Origin: Octopus sinensis
Taxonomy: Eukaryota
Direction of reading: 5' to 3'
Length of the DNA: 49,253 nucleotides
NCBI RefSeq assembly: GCF_006345805.1
Contig: NW_021834290.1
Location: 1-49,253, forward strand
In this document: one piece after another, positions 12,150 to 25,161 of the stretch
How the letters are laid out: every line of letters begins with the position of its first letter
Position numbering within the stretch: position 1 is the stretch's first letter
Translations under genes and position numbers: made by a program
Notes under the pieces: model-generated
Databases searched by the model: none
The model's input: the letters and a program-made list of their open reading frames with translations, nothing else
Told to the model about the DNA's origin: nothing

Positions 12150-12936
12150 TTTCTAAATATGCATATAAATATAGACTGGTGGCTGTGTGTTAATGTGAGT
12201 CAAAAGATTAGTGTTGTTGGTGGTGGTCGTGGTAGTGTTGGTGGTGGTGATGTTGGTGGTGGTGGTGGTGATGCTTGAGAGAGTTGAGTGATGCTGGCTT
12301 ACAAGCTATTAGAAGCACCTGCTAAGACATTACAAATGCTGATCAAAGTCATTAAGACAAATACACGAAACAATAGCGACGTGCAGCCTCTTTGTCGAAC
12401 AAGACGTCGGTGTGCATATTTTTGCATGCATTGATTGAACTATAATGACTATGGTGATGATGATGATGATGATAACGATGATGAACATATGTGCATCTGA
12501 AGTTGTAATGGGAAGAAACTAGATATGTACATATGCTAATCGGCATAATTACCATTAAGACAACCTGTGATGATGATGATGATGATGAATGATAAGAATA
12601 TATTGCATGTGCTGGTGTGTGTGTGTGTAAAGTAAGGTCAGGCATAGTTGCTTGGTAGGAAGCTTGCTTCCAAGCACATGGTTGTCAGTTCAGTCCCACT
12701 GTGTGGTACATTGGAAAAATGCTATCTGCTATGACTCCAGACTAAACCAAGGTCTTGTGACTGGATTTGAAGTGATGGAAACTGAAAGAAGCCTATAATG
12801 TGTGTGTGTGTGTGTGTGTGTGTTTTTGTCCCTCACCAACACTTGCCCCAGGCTTAAGAATATAAATACTTCAGTTGATCCTTTAAACTAAAATCCCTTC
12901 ACAGCAATGCCCCAACATGACTGCAGTCTAACAATA

Positions 12937-13005
<69 letters not shown>

Positions 13006-13032
13006 TATATATGTATATATGTATGTATGTGT

Positions 13033-13311
13033 GGAGGCGCAATGGCCCTGTGGTTAGGGTAGCGAACTCGCAGCTGTAGGATCGCGGTTTCGATTCCCAG
13101 ACCAGGCGTTGTGAGTATTTATTGAGCGAAAACACGTAAAAGCCCCACGAGGCTCCGGCAGGGGGTGGTGATCTGTCACCACTCTTTCTCTCACTCTTTC
13201 TTCTGGTGGCGTCAGGGTGGCATCATTCGAAGGCTAAAACAATGCGAACGCATCGTGACCAGCGATGTGTAGCAACATCTGCTGGTCTGGTCGATCACGT
13301 GATCACGTGAT
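13033..13311 (+). mobile_element. tRNA-derived SINE family D
   Basis: ggaggcgcaatggccctgtggttagg (A box), ggtttcgattccc (B box), tail gatcacgtgatcacgtgat; inserted in (TA)n; second copy at 20705. Confidence 0.9.
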
Positions 13312-13621
13312 ATATGTATGTATGTGTGTATGTGAATATATATGTATATATTTATATGAATATATATATATGTATGTATTTATATATATATACGTATGTA
13401 TGTATTTATATATATATATATGACAGGATTCTTTCAATTTCCATTTACCAAATGCACTAACGTGGCTATGGTCGGCCTGAGACTTATAATACAAGAGACT
13501 TGGCCAAGGTGCCACGCAGTGGGTCTGAACTTGGAACCATGTGGCTGAGAAGCAATGCAGCCCATATATATTTATGAGTATATGTGGGCTGTAATATGTA
13601 TATAATGTATATGTATATATA

Positions 13622-14027
13622 TTCTCTCTTTTTACTCTTTTACTTGTTTCAGTCATTTGACTGCGGCCATGCTGGAGCACCACCTTTAGTCGAACAAATC
13701 GACCCCAGCACTTATTCTTTGTAAGCTCAGTACTTATTCTATCGGTCTATTTTGCTGAACCACTAAGTGACGGCGATGTAAACACACCAGCAATGCTAGG
13801 GGAACAAACACAGACACACACAAACATACACGCACACATATATATATATATATACATATATACGACGGGCTTCTTTCAGTTTCCATCTACCAAATCCACT
13901 CACAAGTCTTTGGTTGGCCCGAGGCTATAGTAGAAGACACTTGCCCAACATGCCACGCAGTGGGACTGAACCCGGAACCATGTGGTTGGTAAGCAAGCTA
14001 CTTACCACATAGCCACTCCTGTGCCTA
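13622..14027 (-). mobile_element. SINE family A
   Basis: Reverse complement of the family-A consensus. Confidence 0.9.
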
Positions 14028-14029
14028 TG

Positions 14030-14068
<39 letters not shown>

Positions 14069-14077
14069 ATATATATA

Positions 14078-14108
<31 letters not shown>

Positions 14109-14199
14109 GTATATATATACACAACATATGTATTTATAAATATATATATTTGTCTATACATAGGTGTTTCTAAACGCATATATATATATAGGTGTGTTG

Positions 14200-14420
14200 T
14201 GTATATACATGCATTATTGTGTGTGTGTGTGTGTGTGTTTATGTATATGTACATACATATATGCACACGTGTTTCAATACATACATACATACACACATAC
14301 ATATATATATATTATATATATATATATATAAGTTTATCCAAACAAGAAAGCACAAAAAAAACAATGCGAGGACATGGAACAAGTATAGTATTATTGGACG
14401 CTCAGGAAAGAAGGAAAGAA

Positions 14421-14459
<39 letters not shown>

Positions 14460-14665
14460 TATATGTGTGTGTGTGTGTGTGTGTGTTATGTATATGTACA
14501 TACATATAGCACACGTGTTTCAATACATACATACATACACACATACATTATATATATATATATATATATATATATAAGTTTATCCAAACAAGAAAGCACA
14601 AAAAAAACAATGCGAGGACATGGAACAAGTATAGATTATTGGACGCTCAGGAAAGAAGGAAAGAA

Positions 14666-14700
<35 letters not shown>
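14200..14700. repeat. Tandem duplication (about 240 bp x2) containing a Penelope-type terminal-repeat fragment
   Basis: agtttatccaaacaagaaagcacaaaaaaaacaatgcgaggacatggaacaag occurs near 14330 and 14577. Confidence 0.9.
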
Positions 14701-15676
14701 ACATATATGGTGTGTGGTGTGAGCAAGCCTCGGTTAAAACAGCAATAAAGAATGTTATGGGCCTTTCATCTTAGTCACTCTAATACCCACTTTGACTTAT
14801 AAAACCTTATTGAGGCCCTACTTCACATGCTGAGTTCCATTCTATCACTAGAACCAAACACAACATATATATATATATATATATATTACATACCTACACA
14901 TTCATATATATGTATAATAAAAACAATAAAACAAATACAAGCCTTAAGAACATAGACCAACACCAGTCTCTTTGTGGTCTGTTTGATCATGTATGTATAT
15001 ACATATATATATATATCTATATATATATCTATATCTATATATATATATATATATAAATATACACACACATGCATGCATGCAAGCAAATATACCTATCTAT
15101 AAACATGTATTTGTACATGTGTTCATGTCAACGTTAATGATATCTCTCTCCGTCTCTCTCTCTCTATATATATATACACATATATGTATGTATGTATATG
15201 TAAATGTGTCTGTTTGTAATGTCCATGGTTAATGTCCGTTTGTTCCTTAATTTGCGATCGTTTAGATGTTTGGTTGCAGTTATTAGCTGCATCTGTTGCT
15301 CCAACATGTGTCGTAGCCTTGTTGTTGTTGTCAATGATAATTGTGTTTATGACAAACGTGTGTGTGTGTGTGTGTGAGTCTCAGTATGCGTGTGCAAGTG
15401 TGCGTGCTATCATGTATATCGTTTACCTTTTTCTTTTACCTTGGACATGTTTCCAACATTGGACTGTGGCCATGCTGGGGTACCATCTTGTAGGGTTTTG
15501 CTGAACAAATTACCTCCAGTACTTATTTTGAAGTGTGGTACTTCAATTGTAATTCAGTCTTTCACTAAACTGCTAAGTTAATGTGAGGTAAACAAACCAG
15601 CAGTGGTTGTCAAGTGATGCTGGGAGACAAACACATACATACATGTGTGTCTGTATATATATATATATATATATAT

Positions 15677-16080
15677 GGAGTGGCTGTGTGGTAATTAGCT
15701 TGCTAACCAACCACACGGTTCCGGGTTCAGTCCCACTGTGTGGCATCTTGGGTAAGTGTCTTCTGCTATAGCCCCGGGCCGACCAATGCCTTGTGAGTGG
15801 ATTTGGTAGACAGAAACTGAAAGAAGCCTGTCGTATATATATATCTATATATGTATGTGTGTTTGTGTGTCTGTGTTTGTCCCTCTAGCATTGCTTGACA
15901 ACCGATGCTGGTGTGTTTACGTCCCCGTCACTTAGCGGTTCGGCAAAAGAGACCAACAGAATAAGTACTGGGCTTACAAAGAATACGTCCCAGGGTCGAT
16001 TTGCTTGACTAAAGGCGGTGCTCCAGCATGACCGCAGTCAAATGACTGAAACAAGTAAAAGAGTAAAAGAGAGTAAGAGT
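15677..16080 (+). mobile_element. SINE family A
   Basis: ggagtggctgtgtgg (A box)...ggttcagtccc (B box)...gactgaaacaagtaaaagag. Confidence 0.93.
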
Positions 16081-16743
16081 ATATGTATGTATTTTATCTT
16101 TTATTTGTTTCAGTCATTGGATTGTGGCCATGCTGGGGCAGTGCTTTGAGGAATTTTCACTTGAATGAATCAACCCCTGCACTTGTTTTTGTTTTAAAGC
16201 CTTGTACTTATTCTACCAGTCTCTTTAGTTGAACCACTAAGTTATGGGGACATAAACACACTAACCCTGGTTGCCAAGTGGTGGTGGTTGACAAACACAA
16301 ACACAGAAACACTCACACATGCACACCTCTGCATGCACACACACACACAAACACACACATACACACACACACACACACACATATATATTTACATGCAGTT
16401 AAAAATATGTCTGGCCGTAAAGTGACCAATTGTTTCACAGCCATAAAGCATTAATGCTTCATGGATGGCTTGTCAGACCCAAATGGCGGATGACATATAT
16501 GTGTGACCATTGGTCCTTCTGTGATTGGAATATATCTAACTATTTGGAAATACATTACTGCTCTATCCATTAGAGTGAGCTTCTTTTTCGCATATATGAT
16601 ACACTGACAATATATATATATGAGTATATATATATATATATAATGGGAAGGTTTACGAAAATAAACAAAAGATAAAGGCAGGTGGATTACAAACAAACAA
16701 ACAATTGTATTAGTATGGCACTCAGGAATAGAAATAAAACAAG

Positions 16744-16781
16744 TCTTTTACGTTTCGAGCCTACGCTCTTCGACAGAAAGA
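16744..16781 (-). ncRNA. Minimal type-I hammerhead ribozyme-like motif in a Penelope-type repeat (about 16640-16815)
   Basis: Minus strand: UCUUU CUGUCGA A GAGC GUAG GCUC GAAAC GUA AAAGA; stem I 5 bp, stem II 4 bp, GUA site; core deviates by A6U and one extra A. Confidence 0.6.
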
Positions 16782-17079
16782 TACACAGAAAAGAAACAAG
16801 GAGAGAAAAAAAATGCATATATATATATATATGAAGTCGCATCTTGTATTTACCTTCGAAACGTGTAGATGAAACAGGGACAACTGAAGAAGGGGAAAAT
16901 TCCTTATGTTGTATGTCTCATTTCTATGTTTTTGTTTCTCATTGTGTTCAACGTTTTTTTGATGTCCTGTACCTATATATGCATGTATATATACATATAG
17001 ATGTAGGTATGTACATATATGTATGTATATATGCATATATTTATGTATCATTTATATATATATATATTTCGAAATCTAA

Positions 17080-17275
17080 CCACACATAAATCATTGATGA
17101 GTTTTTTCCTCCATCTTCCTTTTCTCTTAGACTTTTCTCTGTCTCCTGTTTCTGTAGAAAAGCTTTGCTCAAAACGTAAAACCACCTTGCATTCCTTTCC
17201 TGAGTGTCTGATAATACTTGTATGTAACACGTCCTCACGTTGTTTTTTTCTTGTGTATGTTCGTTTTTTTGGTAT
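17080..17275 (+). mobile_element. Penelope-type terminal repeat with degenerate hammerhead (17148-17182)
   Basis: GTTT CTGTAGA A AAGC TTT GCTC AAAAC GTA AAAC; homologous to the 5041 and 29401 copies. Confidence 0.55.
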
Positions 17276-17279
17276 TTAC

Positions 17280-17310
<31 letters not shown>

Positions 17311-18439
17311 GGATGCTGCTTGGCTGACCAGGTCACGGGACACCTCTAAGACATCTGACTCGGCAATGACACCTCGGTTTCATGCCATTTTCGCTCTACC
17401 GGTCATTGTCTGTGTTCGGATTGTCCCTGCACAGGGGCTATCTCGACTCCCATCTTCGCTGTGAACAGGGATTAATCTTCTCTCTTCACTTCTTTGCACC
17501 ACATGGGCTCACCTCTCCTCCCCTCTTCATCTAATTCTCCTCCCCTCTTCATCTAATCCTCCTCCCCTCTCTTCCTCTCACTCCTACTTCCTTCCACCCA
17601 CCTCTCATCTCTTGCTCTGACTCCTACGTCTTCTCTTCGCTCCTACCCACCTTCTCCCTTTCCCCTCTCCCTTCATCGTCACCCCTCCCTCATAATCCCA
17701 TCCCTACACTATCCAACCACACCTTTCCTATCCATCGCATCCCACCCCAGCCCATCCCTTACATCCACTCCCACATACCCCAACTCTACCCCCTCTCCCT
17801 AACCCACACCCCGTCCTAGCTTTCCCCACTGTTGCCTCTCCACACCCCAACACCACCACACCACACATAACATCACATCATATCACCATGCACACACTAG
17901 CACTGACCACTTCCCAGCCCCACACCATCATCCACATACCTAAACATGCACACGTCAAGGTCACCAGCCCTCTTCCACATGCACATACATGCACGTGCAC
18001 CTTCATTTTGGGATTACCACTACTTTATTATCTCCCCTTCTTCCTAGTTCTCTTAACAAAATCATCTTCGCCTTACCTTTAATCCTTTAACACTTAGAGT
18101 ATCCCATCAAAGGTAATGTTTTTTGGATTAATCATAGATTATCTCATGACTTTGAGATTTCAATGATAATGATTGTTCATTTTCAGAATGGAATCATATT
18201 TATGACTATAATTCAATGTGTCCATTGTTATTATCAGCTTTTAAGCCCTGGTTAGCAAGAACCAGTGGAACTCTAATCAAAGACGTTCCAGAAGTGACAA
18301 ACCAGTCATATATTTAGTCACAGTACAGCTAGGACTTTAGTATCTAATCTACAGGGCGGACCATAAATTGGGTCCAAATGTAGTTAAAGGAGACCATATA
18401 AGATAGGATGAAAGATATATAGATATTTATATGCGTGTG

Positions 18440-18472
<33 letters not shown>

Positions 18473-18473
<1 letters not shown>

Positions 18474-18861
18474 TAGCAGTATCGCCCGGCGTTGCTCGGG
18501 TTTGTAAGGGAAATAACTATATAAGCATTTTTAGAGATGTAAGTATAATAGCCATCTCAATATGGCTAACCACAAAGGGGGGGTGTTCTGTAGCTTTTTA
18601 CGTTCTGAGATTTAATATAATTGTTAGAGAGTTACTTCCCTTATATATGCCAAAAATGCATTAAAAATGGGAAAAAGTGATGGTAAATTTTTTTTAAATC
18701 GTAGACTCATCGTAGACGCGCGCTAATACCCAGAAGGGCTCGATATAAATCACGACTATAAGATACCCACTTTTGGTTACACTTCTCCGCAAAATGTGGG
18801 GAGTAGTTAGGAATCTAAATCGTAGGAGACAGACACACAACTTCACTTTTATATATAAAGA
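18473..18861 (-). mobile_element. Non-autonomous Helitron (about 390 bp)
   Basis: Minus strand begins A|TCTTTATATATAAAA and ends with hairpin CCCGAGCAACGCCGGG, spacer, CTAG|T; AT target, no TSD. Confidence 0.9.
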
Positions 18862-20039
18862 TATACACACACATATATACATATATAATACAGGATTAAT
18901 TCAAAACAATGTGAATAAATAAGCTTTTCATTTGACAGAGTAATCTGAATATTGAAGGGATAAACTCATGAAGGGTACATTACAGGTACACGATCTGGCT
19001 GGATTGAACTTATAAAAGATAGAATATAGGTACCAAATATGGATAGCTTAAATGCTAAAGGATTAAGGCTGGTGAGGTGGTATTTAAAAGTAATTTTGCT
19101 GCTACATCCAAGAGAAATTTTTTCCAACCGCCTGGCGACTTCCTCATTTATTCCCTTAGATATTTCATTCTTCATTCCATCAATCACACCCTTTTTATAT
19201 TTTTCCTATCATTTCTACCCCGTCTTTTTTTTTACACTCCCCCCCCCATGATATATTTATTTATCTATTTATCTTTTTATTTTTATTTTTTTAATTATTT
19301 TTGGTCATTTCCCCCCACCTCCATCCTGCCACCCCCACCCCCGGCCGGCATATAAACTCCCACGTCCTCCCATATACTTCCGGCCCCCCTCCGCTACTGC
19401 CCATTAAATAATGAATCGTCAAAAGAAACCATGAAGTCAACGGCGAAGGCTTTTAATCTGACAAGACTCATTCTCGATTACCGTTCAATTGGTTGGGTAA
19501 ATACTTTCTAGGAAATGGAATATTCCCAAGAATATTGATTTTGTTTTTAGAAATAATGTCCCCCAACACCACCACCACCACCTCTGAATGTCCCCCACTG
19601 CCGTCTCACTTTCTCTTGCTCCACTGTTTCCCCCCTCCCCCACAACAACCGGCCCAGTGCCACACCGCCCCGCCCATTCTAACACTTAATCTTCTCGCTA
19701 TACATATGATCCCACATCTCACCAGTGGAAACGGGGCTGGAATATTCCATAAGCCATACGAATTTCCAAACATCATTTATCTAATTAAAAAAAAAAAAAA
19801 ACTGCTCAGTGTGTGTGTGTGTGTGTGTGTGCACATGTCTGTATGTATACTTATATGTGTGCATGTATATTGTATGTGTATGCATATACATATCTATATA
19901 TATATATATATGTATGTATGTATATATACATAGAACTGTATATATGTAAATATGTATATTCATATATAAATATATGTATGTATGTGTATATATATATACA
20001 TGTATGCAAGTATATATATATATATATAAATACATATAT

Positions 20040-20079
<40 letters not shown>

Positions 20080-20704
20080 TTGCATACATGTCAATATATG
20101 AATATATGTGTACACACATATTTATACATCTGTATATATGAAAATATATAACATATATATATATGTGTGTGTGTGTGTGTATATATATATATACATATAT
20201 ATATATGCCTATATTGAAAGGATACATTCACATCTATATATAATCATATTTATACAGACCTGCACACACTTTTGGTCATTTGATGCTAAATCCTGCTCAA
20301 TGCGGCACCGTTTCTGTGTTTACCCAAACATGTTCTTTCACACAACCTGTATTAAATGATAGAACGAGAGAAAATCCAATCATTGTAATGAGTTCCCTCC
20401 CCCTTTTTATCTCCTCTTCTGTGTTTGTGGAATGATTTCCTCTCTACATTATTTGCATACACACAGCACAGAAACATGGGGGCACACTGATATATATATA
20501 TAATACACATGCACACGCACACACACACACACAACACACACACACACACATATATATATACATATCCTGATATACATATGTATATACTATCTTCAATCTG
20601 GTTCTTTCTCTCTTCCAGGACATCATATCTGGGCTCACAATGTATGTAAAGCAATCATACACACATATATACATATTTGTGGGTATATATATATATATAT
20701 ATAT

Positions 20705-21008
20705 GGAGGCGCAATGGCCCAGTGGTTAGGGCAGCGGACTCGAGGTCGTAGGATCGTGGTTTCGATTCCCAGACCGGGCATTGTGAGTGTTTATTGAGCG
20801 AAAACACCTAAAGCTCCACAAGGCTCTGGCAGGGAGTGGTGATCCCTGCTGCACACTTTCACCACACTTTCTCTCACTCTTTCTTCTGTTGGCCTGTTCG
20901 CTTACCCAGCGGGGTGGCATCATTCAAAGGCTAAAACAATGCTAACGCATTGTGACCAGCGATGTGTAACAACATCTGATGGTCTGGTTGGTCTCATGAT
21001 CTCGTGAT
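20705..21008 (+). mobile_element. tRNA-derived SINE family D
   Basis: Homologous to 13033-13311; A and B boxes present. Confidence 0.9.
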
Positions 21009-21029
21009 ATATATATATATATATGTATA

Positions 21030-21259
21030 GGCGGCGAGCTAGCAGAAATGTTAGCACACCGGGCGAAATGCGTAGCTGTATTTCGTCTGCCGTTACGTTC
21101 TAAGTTCAAATTCTGCCGAGGTCGACTTTGCCTTTCATCCTTTCGGGGTCGATAAATAAAGTACCAGTTTCGCACTGGGGTCGATGTAATCAACTTAAAC
21201 CCTTTGTCTATTCTTGTTTGTCCCCTCTATGTTTAGCCCATTGTGGTCAATAAAGAAAT
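21030..21259 (+). mobile_element. SINE family B
   Basis: ggcggcgagctagcagaa...aagttcaaattctgccgaggtcgac...caataaagaaat. Confidence 0.92.
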
Positions 21260-21844
21260 ATATATATATATATATATATATACACTTTTACTTGTTTCAG
21301 TCATGCTGGAGCACCACCTTTAGTCGAGCAAATCGAACCCAGGACTTATTATTTGTAAGCCTAGTACTTATTCTGTTGGTCGCTTTTGCTGAACCAAGAG
21401 AATTTTACCAACTGCCTGGCAGCTTTCTCATTTATTCACTTAGATAAGTTACGGGGACGCAAACACACCAGCATCTGTTGTCAAGCGATGTTTGGAGGAC
21501 AAACACACACACTCATAATATATATATATATATATACATATACATACATGCTTAGCTGTCTAAAACTTTGAAATCACTGTCGGCAATATTCCTGTGTAAG
21601 AAAGATAAATTTGTACTCTACAAAAGTATAGCATAACCAATCAAATTAATGTAAAATTGTTTTTATTATAGCTAAACATAAAAACAAACATCAGTACACA
21701 CACACACACACACACAGAGTTTGCTTAGAGGATATGTTAGCCTCATAAAGGGATGTTTACATCCAAGGGTATACTGGTTCAATACCTGATATTTTGCGGA
21801 AATGAAATTTCCTTCAATTAATAGGTATATATTAAGCATATAAT

Positions 21845-22072
21845 TCATGTTCAGTTAATTAAAAGAAAGGAAATGCAGAGTCGAACGATAATTATTTATT
21901 ATCAAAAAATTGGTAATCTCCCCTTCTTACAGCTGTTTCCATTAGTGTCAAATGGTAAATTAGACATTTAGGCTTTATATTTGTATTTATATGTTATGAG
22001 CCTAAATTCATCAGAGAAAAAGACATACGTTAAGATGTTACATGCTGACCCATCAGGTCATACCAACAGAGT
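21845..22072 (-). mobile_element. Penelope-type terminal repeat, inverted partner of 24925-25155
   Basis: Reverse complement aligns by eye with 24925-25155; carries a hammerhead-like motif. Confidence 0.75.
21919..22023 (-). ncRNA. Type-I hammerhead ribozyme-like motif with intact core boxes and extended stem II
   Basis: Minus strand: UCUUUUUCU CUGAUGA [68 nt] GAAAC AGCU GUA AGAAGGGGA; 9-bp stem I (3 GU pairs), palindromic stem III ACAGCUGU, GUA cleavage triplet. Confidence 0.65.
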
Positions 22073-22129
22073 ATGTATGTGGATGTATTATTTTTATTGT
22101 TGTCCATATTGATTTTAGTGTAACTCGTA

Positions 22130-22790
22130 ATTTGTTCACAATTATATCATCCATTAACGACAGAAAATTAAATAAATTCTACACTAATAGAAATATTTAA
22201 GACAATAATTCTTCTCAGCTAAAACCTAATCTCCTAAACTTAGACAACAATAATAATAGCAGCCATAGATTCCCTAATGATGGCAGGAAAATAACCCATA
22301 CTTCACTCTTAATTGTAACTCTTCTAAGAAATATACACATTAAAATGTAAATGGATACTGTGACTGCAAAGTTAAAACTAATTATAAATTTTAAAATTCA
22401 TGTTAGAAAGATAACGTAATCTATCAATGTACAATAGAATCTCAGGAAAAGAATACTAATATATAGGCTCTACCAAAAATAGGAATAAAATCAGAGTCGT
22501 TTTTCACCTACAAAGTTTTTAAAAGAAACAAAAAAGTCAACTCCACTGGGTTAAGTAAGTTCATATGGGAATTAAAGGATAATAACATTGAACTTAAACT
22601 TAGATGGGACATTATTAGTTCTGCAATGTCTTATAGAGTCTCTCCAACAGGTGATGTAGCTTGTGGATTAAAGTGTCTTTTAGAAACCTTACATCTAAAA
22701 AAATTTTTACTTAACTTATGAAATGAAAGCAACTATTTCTTGCATTCATCAAGTAAAATAGGTATTCTCTAAGTTTAATTAATGAATATA
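22130..22790 (+). mobile_element. Penelope-like element remnant, GIY-YIG endonuclease C-terminus
   Basis: DNVIYQCTI (from 22410)...Y*YIGST...NSTGLSKFIWELKDNNIELKLRWDIISSA...CGLKCLLETLHL...ISCIHQVK*; matches PLE GIY-YIG motifs; frameshifted. Confidence 0.88.
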
Positions 22791-23022
22791 TAATTTTGAC
22801 CTTCAAATTTTGGGAAAAAATGCAGATTATACACGAGGTTTTTAGGTATATGCAAAATATATGTTCTTATGTGAAAGTATGTATATCTGTGCACAATTAT
22901 GTATGTGCATGTGTGTGTATGTGTATATGTAGATAGGTATATTTATGTCTATATGTATATATATATATGTGTGTGTGTATATATTTATATCTATACACAA
23001 AGTATGGGGGTTTATTTCACAG

Positions 23023-23031
23023 GTGATCTAG
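23023..23031 (+). CDS. Candidate 9-nt microexon (GTGATCTAG; phase 1-1, x-Asp-Leu)
   Basis: tttatttcacAG|GTGATCTAG|GTAAGT: consensus acceptor and perfect donor, frame-preserving; only phase 1 is stop-free. Confidence 0.5.
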   Translation: MI

Positions 23032-23119
23032 GTAAGTGCTGTAATGGATTACTAGGGCTCCAAGGTTATAGTTGAGATGGTAGTTATGGAGCCATTGTAG
23101 ATTTCCAAAGTAGCGAATA

Positions 23120-23262
23120 TGTAATTGTTAAAGAGGACAACAAACATTAAAGCAAGGCAAACACCTCAAGTTGTATATACGATATTATCATTCCAATAAA
23201 AATATTGTATATGACTTGAGATGTTTGTCTTGCCTTAATGTTTGTTGTCCTCTTTAACAATT

Positions 23263-23265
<3 letters not shown>
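23120..23265. repeat. About 145-bp imperfect palindrome (MITE-like hairpin)
   Basis: tgtaattgttaaagaggacaacaaacattaaagcaaggcaaacacctcaagt...acttgagatgtttgtcttgccttaatgtttgttgtcctctttaacaattaca. Confidence 0.92.
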
Positions 23266-23309
<44 letters not shown>

Positions 23310-23557
23310 ACAGTCTTCTGGCTGCTATTTCTAATACTTTCGGTATGTGGTCTAGCAACCTGTTGCAAAGACCCTCATTGTTATAATTATATATAATTTT
23401 ACCGAATATGGTCCTTTTCCATACCGAAAAACTACTTGGTGAAATTTTTTGATTTTATTAAATTAATTATATTTCACCCTTTATCTGTATGTATGTATAT
23501 ATATATATATATATATGCATGCTTGTATGTGTATGGGTGTGTATATATATGTGTGTG

Positions 23558-23588
<31 letters not shown>

Positions 23589-24360
23589 ATGTATGAGTGT
23601 GAGTGTAGCTATATATGAATGTATGTATAAACATGCTATTATTAATGCTAGTCCTATGACCACATAATTCCAAACTCTTCCATATTTTGAACAACCATTA
23701 GGACCAGATACATTTCTCTCTAGAGACGCTAGGAGTGGCTGTGTGGTAAGTAGCTTGCTTACCAACCACATGGTTCTGGATTCATTCTCACTGCGTGGCA
23801 CCTTTGGCAAGTGTCGTCTACTATAGCCTTGGGCGGATAAAAGCCTTATGAGTGGATGTGGTAGACGGAAACTGAAAGAAGCCCGTCGTATATATGTATA
23901 TATAAAGATTTTCTAAACAATGAACTTTTATTTTACATTATATATTATATATTATTTATATGCTTCCTATATATATATATATTTTTATATACCTATATAT
24001 TTATATATTACTTTATACTATATTTTACGTATTTATTTTCAAGGTGTTGTAATGTTTTTTAAAAAATATATTTTTCTTAATCGCTAAAGTATTAACTTTT
24101 AACCGTGATGAACTGTATTCACACTTTTTTCTCGCACTTTCTTATATGCTTGTACAGATGAGTTATGTTTCATCTTCCGTGATGTTATAAATGTATATTC
24201 TATGATTAAATGTTCAAAATATGAAATGTTATGTGGATGACCTTGCATTTGTTTGTTCTGCAACCACAGTTTAATATATTTGTCTCATTCTATTGAGCAC
24301 TTCTATAGCAGTCCTATTAAACATTTTGTTCCTGATAAGAAACAATCACTGTATTATTGT

Positions 24361-24396
<36 letters not shown>

Positions 24397-24924
24397 ATAT
24401 GTTTGTGTCTGTGTTTGTCCCCCCCCCCACCATCTCTTGATAGAATAAGTACTAGGCTTACATAGGATAAGTCCTGGGGTCGATTTGCTTGACTTAAGGC
24501 AGTGCTCCTGCATGGTCACAGTCAAATGACTGAAACAAGTAAACGAGTATTGCATATATTACCCTAGTTTAAAATTTCCTCAACCAATGGGCACTGATTG
24601 ATTAATATTAGCTCTATTTTAATTTTATATATTTGTAAATGGGTGTATATATATAAGTATTTGCATTTTTGTAAATATCTTATAAATGGACATCTTTGTT
24701 CTTTTTTATTTTTTCTTCTTTTATCTTATTTATTCAAAATTTTCTTCTTTTATCTTATTTATTCAAAATTTTCTTCATTTATTAAATTTCCATTTTTACT
24801 TTATTTACTTTTCTATTCTGAAATATTCTATCCTTTACTTTACTTTATTCCTCATTATAATCTAATTAATCTGTTAACCCTTCACCCACACACAATAATA
24901 AAAATGATACTTTTTCATTTTTAG

Positions 24925-25155
24925 TCTGCTGGTATGAGCTGATAGGTTGGCATTTAACATCTTAAGGTTTATCTTTTTCTCTGATGAAATTATGCTCATA
25001 ACATATAAATGCAAATTTAAAGCTTAAATTTGTGATTTACTTATTGGGCACTAATGGAAACGGGTGTAAGAAATAACGATTACCAATTTTTTAATAATAA
25101 ATAATTATTAACCTTTAGCTCTCCATTTCCTTTCCTTCAATTAACTGAACATACA
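24925..25155 (+). mobile_element. Penelope-type terminal repeat with hammerhead-like motif (24976-25073)
   Basis: TTTCT CTGATGA A ATTATGC...GCACTAAT G GAAAC GGGT GTA AGAAA. Confidence 0.72.
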
Positions 25156-25161
25156 TGTATA

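Noticed and set aside
13033-13110. tRNA gene (also at 20705 and SINE A/B heads)
   Set aside because: A and B boxes are present but there is no complete cloverleaf, and each continues into a ~280-400-bp SINE body
16850-16900. Circularly permuted (type II) hammerhead CGAAACGTG...CTGAAGAAGG
   Set aside because: No stem I hairpin, and stem II pairing would consume G8/A9
21845-25155. One intact Penelope element bounded by inverted pseudo-LTRs
   Set aside because: The interval contains unrelated SINE, MITE and unique sequence and no RT domain; only association, not a single element, is supported
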